A stretch of DNA of 64,000 nucleotides from a virus. Lineage: Duplodnaviria; Caudoviricetes. The position numbers and the translations under genes were made by a program. Position 1 is the first letter of the stretch, and each line of letters opens with the position of its first letter. The notes beneath the pieces were generated by a model. It was not told the origin of the DNA. It ran no database searches and was given only the letters and a program-made list of their open reading frames with translations. Positions 39,380 to 49,690 of this stretch are shown one piece after another. The stretch is from positions 1 to 64,000 of IMG/VR virus record IMGVR_UViG_3300027563_000005. One strand, given 5' to 3'.

Positions 39380-39403
39380 AAAACCCCCCAATTTCTTGGG
39401 GGG
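39380..39403 (-). terminator. intrinsic terminator after tail tube gene
   Basis: CCCCCCAA-gaaa-TTGGGGGG stem followed by TTTT on the minus strand. Confidence 0.8.
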
Positions 39404-39428
39404 CAATCTATTAATTAAATTAAATTAA

Positions 39429-40127
39429 TTATGCTACTAGGACACGGTCAACAATAACGCCGTATTCCTTGCCTGCCTTTGCTTCTACTGGAAGCAAACG
39501 GAAGGTTACTGGGAATGTTGTTGCTGCGTTACGTGATAGTGAGAACTGTGACTGTTGTACAGAAAGAACACGACGAGCATAATATACACGCTCTGCCTTT
39601 GTTGCAGATTCTGTAGGTGCCTGTCCAACTGCTACTAGCTGACGCTCTGTTGGTGCAATACCAAGAGCTCCTGCTTCCATACCAATTGTAGATGTCTTTG
39701 AGTCTGTCGTTCCTGCTACTGTTGGTGTTCCTGACTGTCCGAATACTGCAAGAACGTTCTCAAGAGTACCTTCTGCAAGCTCTGTTGCAATCATAACTTC
39801 CATTGACTCTTTGAAAAGCTTTGCTGAGTCAAGAAGCTGATCTACTGTTACTGAACCGTATGATGGGTTGTAAGTAATCTGAAGACCGTTGTTTGTAAAT
39901 CCTACGTTTCTCCACTTTGCTGATGCTCCTGCTGCGTTTGCATTTAGAGTATCTGTGTATGAAACTGTTGCTGGAATTGCTGGTGTAGCTGCTGTATTTT
40001 TTGTAACAAAATTTACACCGTCGGTTGAACCTGGCTCCATGTCATCCTTGTAGCCTGCTGATGTTGAATCAAGTGCTGACAAGAATAGTGGAGAAGCTCC
40101 AACTAGAATATTTTTGGCTGATGCCAT
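39429..40127 (-). CDS. major tail tube protein
   Basis: NILVGA...VGFTNNGL...VDQLLD...T.LAEGTLEN...FPVTFRLLP; GGAGG RBS before ATG at 40127. Confidence 0.85.
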   Translation of the reverse strand: MASAKNILVGASPLFLSALDSTSAGYKDDMEPGSTDGVNFVTKNTAATPAIPATVSYTDTLNANAAGASAKWRNVGFTNNGLQITYNPSYGSVTVDQLLDSAKLFKESMEVMIATELAEGTLENVLAVFGQSGTPTVAGTTDSKTSTIGMEAGALGIAPTERQLVAVGQAPTESATKAERVYYARRVLSVQQSQFSLSRNAATTFPVTFRLLPVEAKAGKEYGVIVDRVLVA

Positions 40128-40245
40128 TTGTATTACCTCCATTAAATAAATATATATATTGACTTACTTTTAAATCTAAATCAAAGCTGGCTAGGCTCTC
40201 TTTTTCCTCTTGCCTAATTTTACTGGATAACTATCCTAAAAGCAA

Positions 40246-40755
40246 CTAGTTGAATCTTCCGCTTTTGTCTGTAGTCCTTGAATACTTGACTTCTAGGATC
40301 ACATCCGTGGACATAAAGCCCTTTAGCTCTATGGACGGATCTATAGGGGATGTCTCTACAATATGGATGCTGTGAAACTTTAGCTTGCTGGGCCTATTTT
40401 GATCATTTACATCTACTGCCGATTCGTCCATTCTTCTAAATAGATCAGTCATGAGGTTTCTAATCTCATATATTTCCGTAACGTCTGTGGAGTATATTGT
40501 AAATAAGATCTTCTCGCAGCATATTAACCAGTTCTCTTCATATGACATTCCTATCTTGTCATAGATTATATGCTTTTTTCCATTTAAAAATTGATCCATT
40601 TCTGGGGATTGCTGTACTGGGATGATTGGAATTATTTCTTTTCCGAGATTATCTGAATAGTAGTCATAGGCATTAAATATAAAAGAATCTTTTAGTTCTT
40701 TCCACAAAAATTTACGGAGCTCAAACATTGCGTCTATTTTATAGTCTACGGTCAT
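40246..40755 (-). CDS. probable tail terminator protein
   Basis: Size and position directly upstream of the tail tube gene. Confidence 0.55.
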   Translation of the reverse strand: MTVDYKIDAMFELRKFLWKELKDSFIFNAYDYYSDNLGKEIIPIIPVQQSPEMDQFLNGKKHIIYDKIGMSYEENWLICCEKILFTIYSTDVTEIYEIRNLMTDLFRRMDESAVDVNDQNRPSKLKFHSIHIVETSPIDPSIELKGFMSTDVILEVKYSRTTDKSGRFN

Positions 40756-41540
40756 AGTGAGCCTCCAAATGCTGCATCCAAGGATGCGTCTGCCTGTATC
40801 CTTATTTTACCAGGGGTAAAGCTATATTGCACTTTTTTAATATTCATAGGTACTCCCAGAGCCCTTGCCATTTTTAAATTAAATATTCTTTGTAGGCCTG
40901 ATGATTTTATTGAAGAGTTTACTAATTGCCCGCCAAAAAATCTTCCATAAGATAGTGAGAACTGGTGAGATGCTTGTGCCCCACCAGGCTTCCTAACGGT
41001 CACTGAGGTGCCTTTGGGCATAAAGACTGTTTCACCATCCATCTCGAATACAAGGCGCTCAGCGGACCTTGGGCGGATTACTATGGGCATCCCAGCTTCC
41101 ATCACGTCAGCTTTGTTTCCAAATACATATTTTTTCTTTTGTTTTTTATTTTTGGTGGGCACAGATGATTTTGATAATTTAAAATTATAGTTTATTCTAA
41201 ATGATAAGCCTTCCATCTCAATTGCATAAAGATGAAATAATCTAGAAGAAGGTATGCCTGTTTTATTCCATTCATAAACATGATGCAATGATCTGGGCCT
41301 TGTTCTTGCTTGGGAATCCATATATAGCCCAAAGTCTTTTTCTATCTGATTAAAGATAGTTGTTTTAAATAGATTTTTAAATGATTCGTTTGTGGTTAAT
41401 TTTGAAAGGACTGCAGCCTCATAATATAAGAATGCTGATATTTGTGCAACCGTACTGTCCTTGATAACTCCTGGGACTGAGCCTGCCATTAATCTTTCTA
41501 GGCCGCTTGCTGTTTGAATTAAAGCTACGCTAGAATCCAA
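40752..41540 (-). CDS. neck/tail completion protein (putative)
   Basis: Position in head-tail connector block; GGAA RBS-like site before TTG at 41540. Confidence 0.55.
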   Translation of the reverse strand: MDSSVALIQTASGLERLMAGSVPGVIKDSTVAQISAFLYYEAAVLSKLTTNESFKNLFKTTIFNQIEKDFGLYMDSQARTRPRSLHHVYEWNKTGIPSSRLFHLYAIEMEGLSFRINYNFKLSKSSVPTKNKKQKKKYVFGNKADVMEAGMPIVIRPRSAERLVFEMDGETVFMPKGTSVTVRKPGGAQASHQFSLSYGRFFGGQLVNSSIKSSGLQRIFNLKMARALGVPMNIKKVQYSFTPGKIRIQADASLDAAFGGSL

Positions 41541-41955
41541 TTTCCTGATTCTCCGATCTCTTTGCAATAGAGTTGTATGCAAGGACATTACCGAATGGAT
41601 CGGTAATCGGGGTAGAGCTTATAACTTCAAATACTGTTGGGGTATTGTTTGGATAGTTTATTTCTTTCCACACTACGTTGCCATTCATATCTCTAACGTT
41701 AGTAATTTTTTCTCTATACGTTATTGGGTCTGGTGTTCTTATCTCAAGCATCTGCTCATTCATATACTTGTTGTTAAACGTTTGCTTGTCTCCGCCTCTT
41801 CCTGTGCCAGAATTTGAAATCATTCCTTTTGCGGAACATGGAACAGACCTAGTAAATATCCACTCTTTTTTAATAGCACCAGTATTTTCATCTTGAGTGT
41901 CTAATTGAAGATAGATGTCTAGCTTCATTGGCATTAATGAAGTTGCCAGGCTCAT
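41530..41955 (-). CDS. head-to-tail stopper (putative)
   Basis: QDENTGAIKKEW motif and position after adaptor. Confidence 0.65.
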   Translation of the reverse strand: MSLATSLMPMKLDIYLQLDTQDENTGAIKKEWIFTRSVPCSAKGMISNSGTGRGGDKQTFNNKYMNEQMLEIRTPDPITYREKITNVRDMNGNVVWKEINYPNNTPTVFEVISSTPITDPFGNVLAYNSIAKRSENQEIGF

Positions 41956-42924
41956 TTAGAATACGACCATGCCATTTGTTACATATGGCGCAAGCAGTTG
42001 ATCTGCGTACAAGTTTCCAGTTCCTCTGTGTGCGTCTTCCATGAACTCAAACTTCCAGTCAAACGTGCTTATGTTTTTTACGTATTTATCTTTCCATGCA
42101 CGATCTTGCTCAAAGTATTGTTTCATTAAAATTTTACAGGCTTCTTTAACATTGTCTGGCACATAGTTCCAGCCAAATAAACCTTCAACCTGATATCTCA
42201 GGTCTTTCTTAAATGTTCCAGAATGGCCCCTGCTATTAACTGATGGGGTAACCATTCCGTTTGCTGAGTATATTGTGTCGTCTTGAAGATCTTGTAGATT
42301 AACTCTGACTCCATAATTTGATTCAGAAACTATTGGTATATAGAACCAGTTGTTTACGGAAAGCGCAGAATCAAATACTTTAACGTCTTGCTCATAAAGT
42401 TTTGTAATTTGCTCTATTCTAATTGGAAGTGGGAGAATGTCTGACCCATGGCCTTGTGCAATTTGTGTACCAATATAACTATGAAAAAATTGATTTGTAT
42501 ACGCTTCAATTAATTTTCTAGCATACTTCTCTGCTTGCTGTAGATCATTATATGTTTTATGATTTGGGTCAGAAGGGTCCGTCCCAATATTTAAATCGTC
42601 AATTACATCGTATATATTTACATACGGCGTAACAATATCTACCATTTGAATGTTTGAAGAAGATACGCCAGAGACTGAATAAGTCCATTCAATTCTAAGC
42701 TTTTTAGGTTGGCTTGCAATTGTATGTGGAATTATAATCTCATAAGTTCCAATATCTGTATCTAGTTTTGTGGCAGTATAAGTTGCTATTGTAGCGCTTA
42801 GAGTACCAGATGGCAATGCTTCTTTTACTACTGCAGTTACATTACCAGTTGCATCTGTTATTTCTCCACCCCAATATAATTTAAATCTTATTGGTGAAGC
42901 TTGCTTTACATATATTTCTGCCAT
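41956..42924 (-). CDS. head-to-tail adaptor
   Basis: ARKLIEAYT, GLFGWNYVPDNVKEA, ADQLLAPY; N-terminal Ig-like extension. Confidence 0.75.
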   Translation of the reverse strand: MAEIYVKQASPIRFKLYWGGEITDATGNVTAVVKEALPSGTLSATIATYTATKLDTDIGTYEIIIPHTIASQPKKLRIEWTYSVSGVSSSNIQMVDIVTPYVNIYDVIDDLNIGTDPSDPNHKTYNDLQQAEKYARKLIEAYTNQFFHSYIGTQIAQGHGSDILPLPIRIEQITKLYEQDVKVFDSALSVNNWFYIPIVSESNYGVRVNLQDLQDDTIYSANGMVTPSVNSRGHSGTFKKDLRYQVEGLFGWNYVPDNVKEACKILMKQYFEQDRAWKDKYVKNISTFDWKFEFMEDAHRGTGNLYADQLLAPYVTNGMVVF

Positions 42925-42940
42925 TAACTTATGTTAACGT

Positions 42941-43333
42941 TTAGTTATAGAAGTCTTGAACTTCCTTTGGTGTCGCTAAACGAAAACCCTCCTCTGTATC
43001 AAAGATTTTTTGAGCGTCATCTTCAGACATTGCTATAAAAGGATGATCTTTTGTAAAGGTGTATCCGTGAATATCATATCTGTGATTATCTCTTGTCATT
43101 CTTACAAGCAGGGTATCTTCTGGTTGCGCTTTTGGATCAAACTTTGGAAGAATTTCAACTTCTTCTGTGTCTCTTTCAATTGCCTCTACCGTACTTTGAT
43201 ATACACTCCAGGTAACGCCTTCTTCTGCTAGAGCTGCAATAATGTCTTTTTTATTCTTTAGGCCTTCTGAATCAACTGCAAAATCTGTTGCAATTACTTT
43301 TAATTCAGCCACTTTTAATGTGTCAAACGACAT
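42941..43333 (-). CDS. hypothetical protein with N-terminal SAP/Rho-N-like helix motif
   Basis: LKVAELKVIA...KKDIIAAL; AGGAG RBS; own TGC-TATAAT box. Confidence 0.65.
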   Translation of the reverse strand: MSFDTLKVAELKVIATDFAVDSEGLKNKKDIIAALAEEGVTWSVYQSTVEAIERDTEEVEILPKFDPKAQPEDTLLVRMTRDNHRYDIHGYTFTKDHPFIAMSEDDAQKIFDTEEGFRLATPKEVQDFYN

Positions 43334-43387
43334 ATTTTATTTCTCCTTTTTCTAGGTCCTTTAATTATAGCATTGTTAAATTTAAAT

Positions 43388-43414
43388 GAAAAGCCCCCAA
43401 AATTAATTGGGGGC
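43388..43414 (-). terminator. intrinsic terminator after major capsid gene
   Basis: GCCCCCAA...TTGGGGGC stem followed by TTTT on the minus strand. Confidence 0.8.
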
Positions 43415-43440
43415 CTTTCTGTGGTCTAATTCTTAATTAA

Positions 43441-44490
43441 TTAAGAAGCAACCTTAACGTTCTTTACAACGACCCAAGCGTCTGCCTGCTCGATTTGAAC
43501 GCCAACACGAGTATACATTGTGTACTCAATTGTGTCCTTACGTGGCTGGAAGAAACGGTAAACAGTTACATCGCGCTTGATACCAATAACTACGTTATTT
43601 GGGAATGTCAAGTGGACGTCTCCGTGTGAACCTGATGGGCTTGCGTATGTACCTGTCTGTGTCTCAGGAAGCAATGGAACTTCAACGATTGGAATACCAA
43701 ATGCGTATGGAGCTACATATCCTGCTGGACCTCCAAGAACAGGAACATCACCACGGATAATGCCAGAGGCAATATCTTGTGGAGTAACGTTCTGGATGTT
43801 CTGTGAGTTAGAGAACAAGTAATCTTGGATCAAGTTTGATCCAGAAAGGAAGCGAAGGTCTGTACGACGTTGCTTGTACTTACGTGGCATAGCCTTTAGT
43901 GCTGAGTTAAATACGTTACGGGAAATTCCCGCACCTGCTGCATCTACTACGCGACCATGTGTCTTTGCCTTCTTAACTGCACCGTCAAATGACTTGTACA
44001 GCGCATCGGTTGAAAGTGATGTATCACCGTTAAGAATAAGATCTTCGATGTCATTTCCAGCCTGTGTTGCCATCATACGTGCAATATGATCTTCAAGATC
44101 TGCACCTTCGATGTTGTCTTCTAGAGACTCAGTTGAAAGTTCCCAGTCCATGCGGAGCTTCTTTGTTGTTAGAGAAATTTTTGAGAAAGTAACACCCTGG
44201 TTTATAGCTGTGTTTTCGCCTTCGGATGCAAGCTTTACAAGCTTCTCTCCTACTGACATACGATCAATTTCTGTTGTGTCGGATTTCATACGGACCGTAC
44301 GTGCAACTTTACCAATTACGGTAGCATCGAACATATAGTCCAAGAATCGTGCTGATTGTTCTGGGTTTAGAAGTCCACCGTTGCCATTTTCTGAAGCAAC
44401 ATGAACGCCTGAACCACCTGTTGAGGAACCGAATCCAGTTGATACTGTTGTACCAGCTGCTGCGGCCTTTTCTAATAATTCATTACTCAT
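43441..44490 (-). CDS. major capsid protein (HK97 fold)
   Basis: GGLLNPEQSARF, ELSTESLEDNIEG, DIEDLILNGD; follows protease/scaffold, followed by a terminator. Confidence 0.93.
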   Translation of the reverse strand: MSNELLEKAAAAGTTVSTGFGSSTGGSGVHVASENGNGGLLNPEQSARFLDYMFDATVIGKVARTVRMKSDTTEIDRMSVGEKLVKLASEGENTAINQGVTFSKISLTTKKLRMDWELSTESLEDNIEGADLEDHIARMMATQAGNDIEDLILNGDTSLSTDALYKSFDGAVKKAKTHGRVVDAAGAGISRNVFNSALKAMPRKYKQRRTDLRFLSGSNLIQDYLFSNSQNIQNVTPQDIASGIIRGDVPVLGGPAGYVAPYAFGIPIVEVPLLPETQTGTYASPSGSHGDVHLTFPNNVVIGIKRDVTVYRFFQPRKDTIEYTMYTRVGVQIEQADAWVVVKNVKVAS

Positions 44491-44511
44491 TTTTATTTCA
44501 CCTACCTTATT

Positions 44512-45051
44512 TTAGTTAAAGATTTCATTTACGGAACCGAGGAAAGCTCCAGACCATTTTGATTTTGATTTAGTAAAAACCTCAGACCCGCCAAGGTCAG
44601 AGGACTTCTTGATTGCGGTATCGCCTTCTACGGCATCTACCTGCTTTTGAACACCTTCAATGGTGCCCTTTATTTCTGTCACAGCAGCACTAAGTGCGCT
44701 GTGCTTTTCTGCCAACTCAGAAATTCTATCATCTACGCTTTTGCTGAAAGCTTCAACAGATGTTTTAATCTCTGTGACCTGTGCAGCATTCGCTTCTGTA
44801 GCCTTTGTGAGTGTCTCTGCGAAAAAGCCTTTTAGATCGCCTAACATCTTTGCAAAATCAGGTTCATCAACCATGACCTCAGCATTATCGAGTTCGGCTG
44901 CTTTTTCAACGGAGTCGGCAGGAGCTGTATCTTCTGCTGTTTCTTCAACAATTACATCTGTAATTGGGGCTTCTACAACATCGACAGACTTTTCAATAAT
45001 TGTTTCTGCTTCTACGGCTTCGACAACTACATCATTTGTTACGTCTGACAT
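44512..45051 (-). CDS. probable nested scaffolding protein (internal in-frame start)
   Basis: GAAGGAGGT strong RBS precedes in-frame ATG (MSDVTNDVV) at 45051. Confidence 0.6.
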   Translation of the reverse strand: MSDVTNDVVVEAVEAETIIEKSVDVVEAPITDVIVEETAEDTAPADSVEKAAELDNAEVMVDEPDFAKMLGDLKGFFAETLTKATEANAAQVTEIKTSVEAFSKSVDDRISELAEKHSALSAAVTEIKGTIEGVQKQVDAVEGDTAIKKSSDLGGSEVFTKSKSKWSGAFLGSVNEIFN

Positions 45052-45837
45052 CTCATTACCTCCTTCTACGTTTGCCTGTTTTGCTAATTGTGTTTCAGGC
45101 AACGGTAATCTTGACTTCTTAAATGAAGCAAGAATCTTATCTATTTCTTTTGACTTATTTATATCTGAACTTTCTACCCAGCCTATTAGCGAAGCTGGCT
45201 TTCCAGATATTGGTGAATCAAAAGTTTTTTCTGTGGACATGAAAACTGAGTCGCTGTCTTCGCAATAAAAAATATTTTCTGTTACTACATTTGCAGCAAG
45301 GCCTTTGTAAATCATTTGTCCGTTAACTTTTTCTATTGACAAAATATTACATAGCTCGTTTGCTGGTGAATCAACAATTGAAAGTTCAACTAAATCGTAG
45401 TCCTTGATAAATCTAACCGCTTCTCCCGTTGCTTTGTTAACTTCGTTGTCTGACTCTTTAATTTTTCCGCCAATTGAAAAACCAGAAAGAGTGCCATCAA
45501 GAACTTTTTCCCAAGTATCTTGTGCACCCTTTGAAATGTATGAAGTTACATAAACTCCATTGTAAAAAGTTTGAGACTTTTGATCGTAATATGTTTCTGG
45601 CTTAAATGAAACAACTTTACCTACTGCATTTGACTGATGCATCTCACGAAGATTTCCTCTGAAGTTTTCAAAAGCTTTTACGCTTGCTTCTGCCGTGACT
45701 ACATCGCCTGTCTGGTCAACATTATCTAATGTTGCAAAACCAGATACAGTTCTATTTTCTCGATTGACCTTAGTAAACGGAATCGACAAATGTAGCTTGT
45801 CGCCATTACTAGACCAATGGCCTTTTTCAATGTTCAT
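44512..45837 (-). CDS. prohead protease fused to scaffold-like domain
   Basis: REMH, GFSIGG, ELSIVDSPAN (HK97 protease family); acidic coiled-coil C-terminal half. Confidence 0.9.
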   Translation of the reverse strand: MNIEKGHWSSNGDKLHLSIPFTKVNRENRTVSGFATLDNVDQTGDVVTAEASVKAFENFRGNLREMHQSNAVGKVVSFKPETYYDQKSQTFYNGVYVTSYISKGAQDTWEKVLDGTLSGFSIGGKIKESDNEVNKATGEAVRFIKDYDLVELSIVDSPANELCNILSIEKVNGQMIYKGLAANVVTENIFYCEDSDSVFMSTEKTFDSPISGKPASLIGWVESSDINKSKEIDKILASFKKSRLPLPETQLAKQANVEGGNEMSDVTNDVVVEAVEAETIIEKSVDVVEAPITDVIVEETAEDTAPADSVEKAAELDNAEVMVDEPDFAKMLGDLKGFFAETLTKATEANAAQVTEIKTSVEAFSKSVDDRISELAEKHSALSAAVTEIKGTIEGVQKQVDAVEGDTAIKKSSDLGGSEVFTKSKSKWSGAFLGSVNEIFN

Positions 45838-45890
45838 ATGCTTAATTTTAGTGGTTTATCTACTATAACGCAAATAACAGTTGATTAAAC

Positions 45891-47480
45891 TTATTTGACT
45901 TTTGGACCATCGCCTTTGGGGTTTCTGGCTTCTCCGCTTTTATCTGGGGCATTGGCTGATCTTTGCTGATCTCGCTTTTTATTTCCAGTAGATTTTGCCT
46001 TCTGGTCAGCCACCTGCTGTGGCTTTAAATCTACCATTTCGTCCCCTCCGTCAACCGTTGTCATATTCTTTCTAATACGAACTTCGTTTGGAGTTATTAC
46101 CTGCATTCTTAAATAAATTTCGTCAATACGGCTTTGGGTTTCTTCATCAGTAAGGCTTAATTCATTAAATTTTAATTGTACAACGTCTGTCTTTTCTGCA
46201 ATTAAATAATTTAATTTCTTTTCAAGTCTATCTTGTGAAGGTCTGCAAACCTGCTCTTTAAATGTTTTGTCTGCGTCTCTGGCAGCCGCTAAGTTGATTC
46301 CTTCTGGGATACCTATCTTGCTAATTGGAACACGGTGAGCTAAAAGAATTTCATCTCTATTAGATTTACGATAGATATTAAATGAAGACTCTTGCTCTCC
46401 TGCTTCAATTGGCTCCATTTTAAATTCTGTTTTTGAGTCTGGTGTATCCGCTGGAAGTGGGATATATAGGGATCTGTGATTCTTGCCCTTTAGCCCAACC
46501 TGAAAAAACTCAAGCAATTTTCTTTCTGACTCTGGGGAAAGCTTTGCTCCCTTTACTGTAATAATATATCTTGGGACCGCTTTATTTTCAAAGTAGTCTA
46601 AGTTATATCTACCAGCAAATTCATTTCCTGCCAGCGCTTGTTGTGCTGCAATAATGTCTGGGACTCCGTAGTAATTATTCATTGGAGTATATTTCTTTAA
46701 ATGGATAATTTCATTTGGTCGATCTTCTTGGGCGGCAATTGGGCTTGGTGTTTCCAGATCTCCAAAATTGCGGAAGTAGACTGCCTTGCCGTAAAGTAAT
46801 TGAATAAACCCGTCACGGAACCTACGCACACGCATTGTTTTGGCTGGTATATGGCCGATGTAGCCTATGTCTCCAGCGGTTGTACGTCCAACCTCTATGT
46901 AACCGTTTCCAGTTGCCTCAAGGTCCGTGTAGGCCTTTATAAGGGTCTCTGTAAATGATTCCTCTTCGTTGCAATCATCAAGCCAGCGATCTAGCTGTGT
47001 TTTAATTCTATCAATTTTTGCACGTGCTCTGTCCACCTGCTTCTGATCGGTGATGGCGTCCATGGCGTCTTTGGCTTTTGATGTTTCTGTAAACATGTAT
47101 CCGAGACCAACAATATTTGAAACCTTGGCGTTAATTGCTGCGTAGTTATATGTTGAAACCTCATAAATTTTTGAAAGGTATTCTAGGTTATAAGTTGGTT
47201 CTACAAGATCAAATAATGCATATCCGCTAATAGCTTGTTGCAAAAGATTTTGCTGTGTTTCGGCTCCGTCTTTACCAACAAATGCTTTTGAAAAATCACG
47301 GTTGATTTTACGTTTAAAGTTTGTTCCTAGGCCTCTAAGCTTTTTAATTTCTTCTAGGCCCATTTTAAATGGGTCTTCGGAGTCTTCCGCTTTTTGGAAA
47401 TGAAACCAGTCGGATGTGTTTGAAATATCAATTGTATTAGATGACTCATCGTCTTCTAAAACTTCTATATTGCGTGTCAT
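45891..47480 (-). CDS. portal protein
   Basis: DLEATGNGYIEV, EIIHLK, YYGVPD, YFENKAVP, ITPNEVR. Confidence 0.93.
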   Translation of the reverse strand: MTRNIEVLEDDESSNTIDISNTSDWFHFQKAEDSEDPFKMGLEEIKKLRGLGTNFKRKINRDFSKAFVGKDGAETQQNLLQQAISGYALFDLVEPTYNLEYLSKIYEVSTYNYAAINAKVSNIVGLGYMFTETSKAKDAMDAITDQKQVDRARAKIDRIKTQLDRWLDDCNEEESFTETLIKAYTDLEATGNGYIEVGRTTAGDIGYIGHIPAKTMRVRRFRDGFIQLLYGKAVYFRNFGDLETPSPIAAQEDRPNEIIHLKKYTPMNNYYGVPDIIAAQQALAGNEFAGRYNLDYFENKAVPRYIITVKGAKLSPESERKLLEFFQVGLKGKNHRSLYIPLPADTPDSKTEFKMEPIEAGEQESSFNIYRKSNRDEILLAHRVPISKIGIPEGINLAAARDADKTFKEQVCRPSQDRLEKKLNYLIAEKTDVVQLKFNELSLTDEETQSRIDEIYLRMQVITPNEVRIRKNMTTVDGGDEMVDLKPQQVADQKAKSTGNKKRDQQRSANAPDKSGEARNPKGDGPKVK

Positions 47481-47815
47481 TGTACTTTACCGCCTCTTGA
47501 TACAGAGTCCTTGTAAACCCCTATGTCGTATGGATCTGGGGGGAGTCCCCATCTAAGTCTTTGTTCTTGCTCTTCAAGCTCTTCGTTGTTAATTTTTCTG
47601 CGCCCTGAAAGGAATTTAGGTTGGCCCTCACGAATACCGTATGAGCGAACCTCTCTAGCCAAAGCATCGATTTTGGATCTATTGCCTTTGATTGCCGTGA
47701 TCGAAAGAAAATTGCCATCATCATCTCCAATCCATCTGCCATCAGGCATTTCCCAGACATATATGCCAAGGGTTGTCTCTTCGACAATTTTAGTGTTTTT
47801 CTTTAAGATATCCAT
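47477..47815 (-). CDS. hypothetical protein
   Basis: GIYVWEMPDG...; coupled to portal start. Confidence 0.75.
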   Translation of the reverse strand: MDILKKNTKIVEETTLGIYVWEMPDGRWIGDDDGNFLSITAIKGNRSKIDALAREVRSYGIREGQPKFLSGRRKINNEELEEQEQRLRWGLPPDPYDIGVYKDSVSRGGKVQ

Positions 47816-47877
47816 AGACCACAATCATACCATTATCTGAGACCAAAGTCCAGATTTATGCCATACCTTTGCAAATA

Positions 47878-49683
47878 TTAAAGACTTACTGACAGGGGCT
47901 CTACAGAAGTCAATGTGAATGAAGTAGAGTCATTCCCGTTTGTTGCCTCAGATATAGTCATATTGGTGTCATCTATAAGGTTTACAATATTTCCAGTATA
48001 TAGCAAATAGTGTTGGGCTATTTTGGCCTGTGTGAGTGCCTCTTGATATATAGCCAAATTGTTATACATGCTTCCAATTCCTGATTTTGAATCTGTCTGG
48101 TTTTGATTAAATTTTAAGTTAGATGCAGCCGAAGTAAAGGTTATAACAACATGGTGGGGAAGCCCTGCTGACATAAAGTCAAAAACATTTGTCTCGGCTG
48201 TCCTATTTATGCCATTTACATATATTGAAGAAATTGCTGTTTTAGATATAGCCCCAGAAGATGACCATTCATATATTTTTGAAGAAGCAGATACCAATAC
48301 ATTTTCTCCCAATTCTGGGGTAAATATCATTTCAACTGATCTAACATCTGGTATGTTGTTTAAGCTAAACCCATGCCCATTATGCATCTTTAATCCATTG
48401 CTCTTATTGTAAGATAGAATTCTTTCATTGTTTCTTGGCAAAGCATAGTCAAAATTTGATGATACATAATACCCAGAGTTGTCGCTATAAAAATTTTTTG
48501 AACTATAAAACAATATCTCTAGATTTCTTAATATAGGCTGATACTTGCTTGTGTCATCTGATGACATGGTGACTCTTAACTCTAATATATCTGCTATCTG
48601 ATTATCATTTTTATTATAGTATGGGAGGGAGCTTCCGTTTTTACACTCTTTCCATTCCGCCCCATCTATTTTTACCTCGACCTTAATTCCTTTTACATTA
48701 TTAGACCAGTATATTTGACTGGTGGATATGTCTAAGTAATCAGGGACAATAAAATAATCTGTAAAGGAATGGCTTACTGCAACTGGCTCGGTGGTTTCTG
48801 GTAAATATAAATAAGATCCATCATTAGACAAAGACATTCCACTTGCAAATACGTCTGCCCAGGATCTTGATTCTGGATAGGAGAACTTAAACTTTGGTTT
48901 AATTGCAGAGGAGTTCATACTAAACATGTACCCGCCATCTGAATCAACTATCTGAGATGAATTAATTTCTTTTATTCCTTCAAGGTAATGCTGCTTGATT
49001 TGATTTGGGGAAAGATTAAATTTATAAAACCCTACACAGTCAATAACAAATTTTCCATCCGCTGGACCTGTTTTAAAGTTAATAGCTGCGTTAGAGAATC
49101 TATATCCTTCTACTGAAGCCGTGTCAACAATATATCCGTTTACATAAAGAGAGATTGATGAATTTTGAAATATACCAACTACATACAAAGACTCTGCGTT
49201 TGATGCAGTATAATGAGCTTCGGCTGAGCCAACCATAAAAACAATATTTCCATTTTTATAAAAAATACCTGCATTAATAGATGTGTCTGCGACTATTGTT
49301 ATATCGCTTTCAATTGGTGGAAGGGAGCACCAAGCTTCAAGCGTAAAAGAATCATCGCTATTGTATTCATTTGCAATACCCTGAGAAATATAATTAATAG
49401 ATGTATAAGGAAGAACCTGAGTGCCTCTTATTCCACCAGAAATTAATGGCATTAACTCTTTTGTTGAAGAGTTTACTGCATATCCATTGTTTAAATTTCC
49501 AGAGTAATCATATACAGGCAAACCGCTTAATGCAGAGTATGTTAACCCGCTGTCCTTTAGTTGCTGATATGTTGCAAATTGAGAAGTTAGTCCCGAGTAA
49601 GATGCTATGTTGCCTGATGTAACTTCGTCTAACAAATAAAATGATGTTGGATGGTCATTTAAGACTACGCTTTTGTATGACAT
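47878..49683 (-). CDS. LamG/concanavalin A-like domain structural protein
   Basis: VLNDHPTSFYLLDE, DYSGNLNNG, FTLEAW, SLYVNG, LSPNQIKQHY; second partial LamG at C-terminus. Confidence 0.75.
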   Translation of the reverse strand: MSYKSVVLNDHPTSFYLLDEVTSGNIASYSGLTSQFATYQQLKDSGLTYSALSGLPVYDYSGNLNNGYAVNSSTKELMPLISGGIRGTQVLPYTSINYISQGIANEYNSDDSFTLEAWCSLPPIESDITIVADTSINAGIFYKNGNIVFMVGSAEAHYTASNAESLYVVGIFQNSSISLYVNGYIVDTASVEGYRFSNAAINFKTGPADGKFVIDCVGFYKFNLSPNQIKQHYLEGIKEINSSQIVDSDGGYMFSMNSSAIKPKFKFSYPESRSWADVFASGMSLSNDGSYLYLPETTEPVAVSHSFTDYFIVPDYLDISTSQIYWSNNVKGIKVEVKIDGAEWKECKNGSSLPYYNKNDNQIADILELRVTMSSDDTSKYQPILRNLEILFYSSKNFYSDNSGYYVSSNFDYALPRNNERILSYNKSNGLKMHNGHGFSLNNIPDVRSVEMIFTPELGENVLVSASSKIYEWSSSGAISKTAISSIYVNGINRTAETNVFDFMSAGLPHHVVITFTSAASNLKFNQNQTDSKSGIGSMYNNLAIYQEALTQAKIAQHYLLYTGNIVNLIDDTNMTISEATNGNDSTSFTLTSVEPLSVSL

Positions 49684-49690
49684 CCCAAGC

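Noticed and set aside
40143-40245. Structured RNA in the leader of the tail tube gene
   Set aside because: About 100 nt AT-rich gap with a -10-like box but no convincing stem or known motif by eye.
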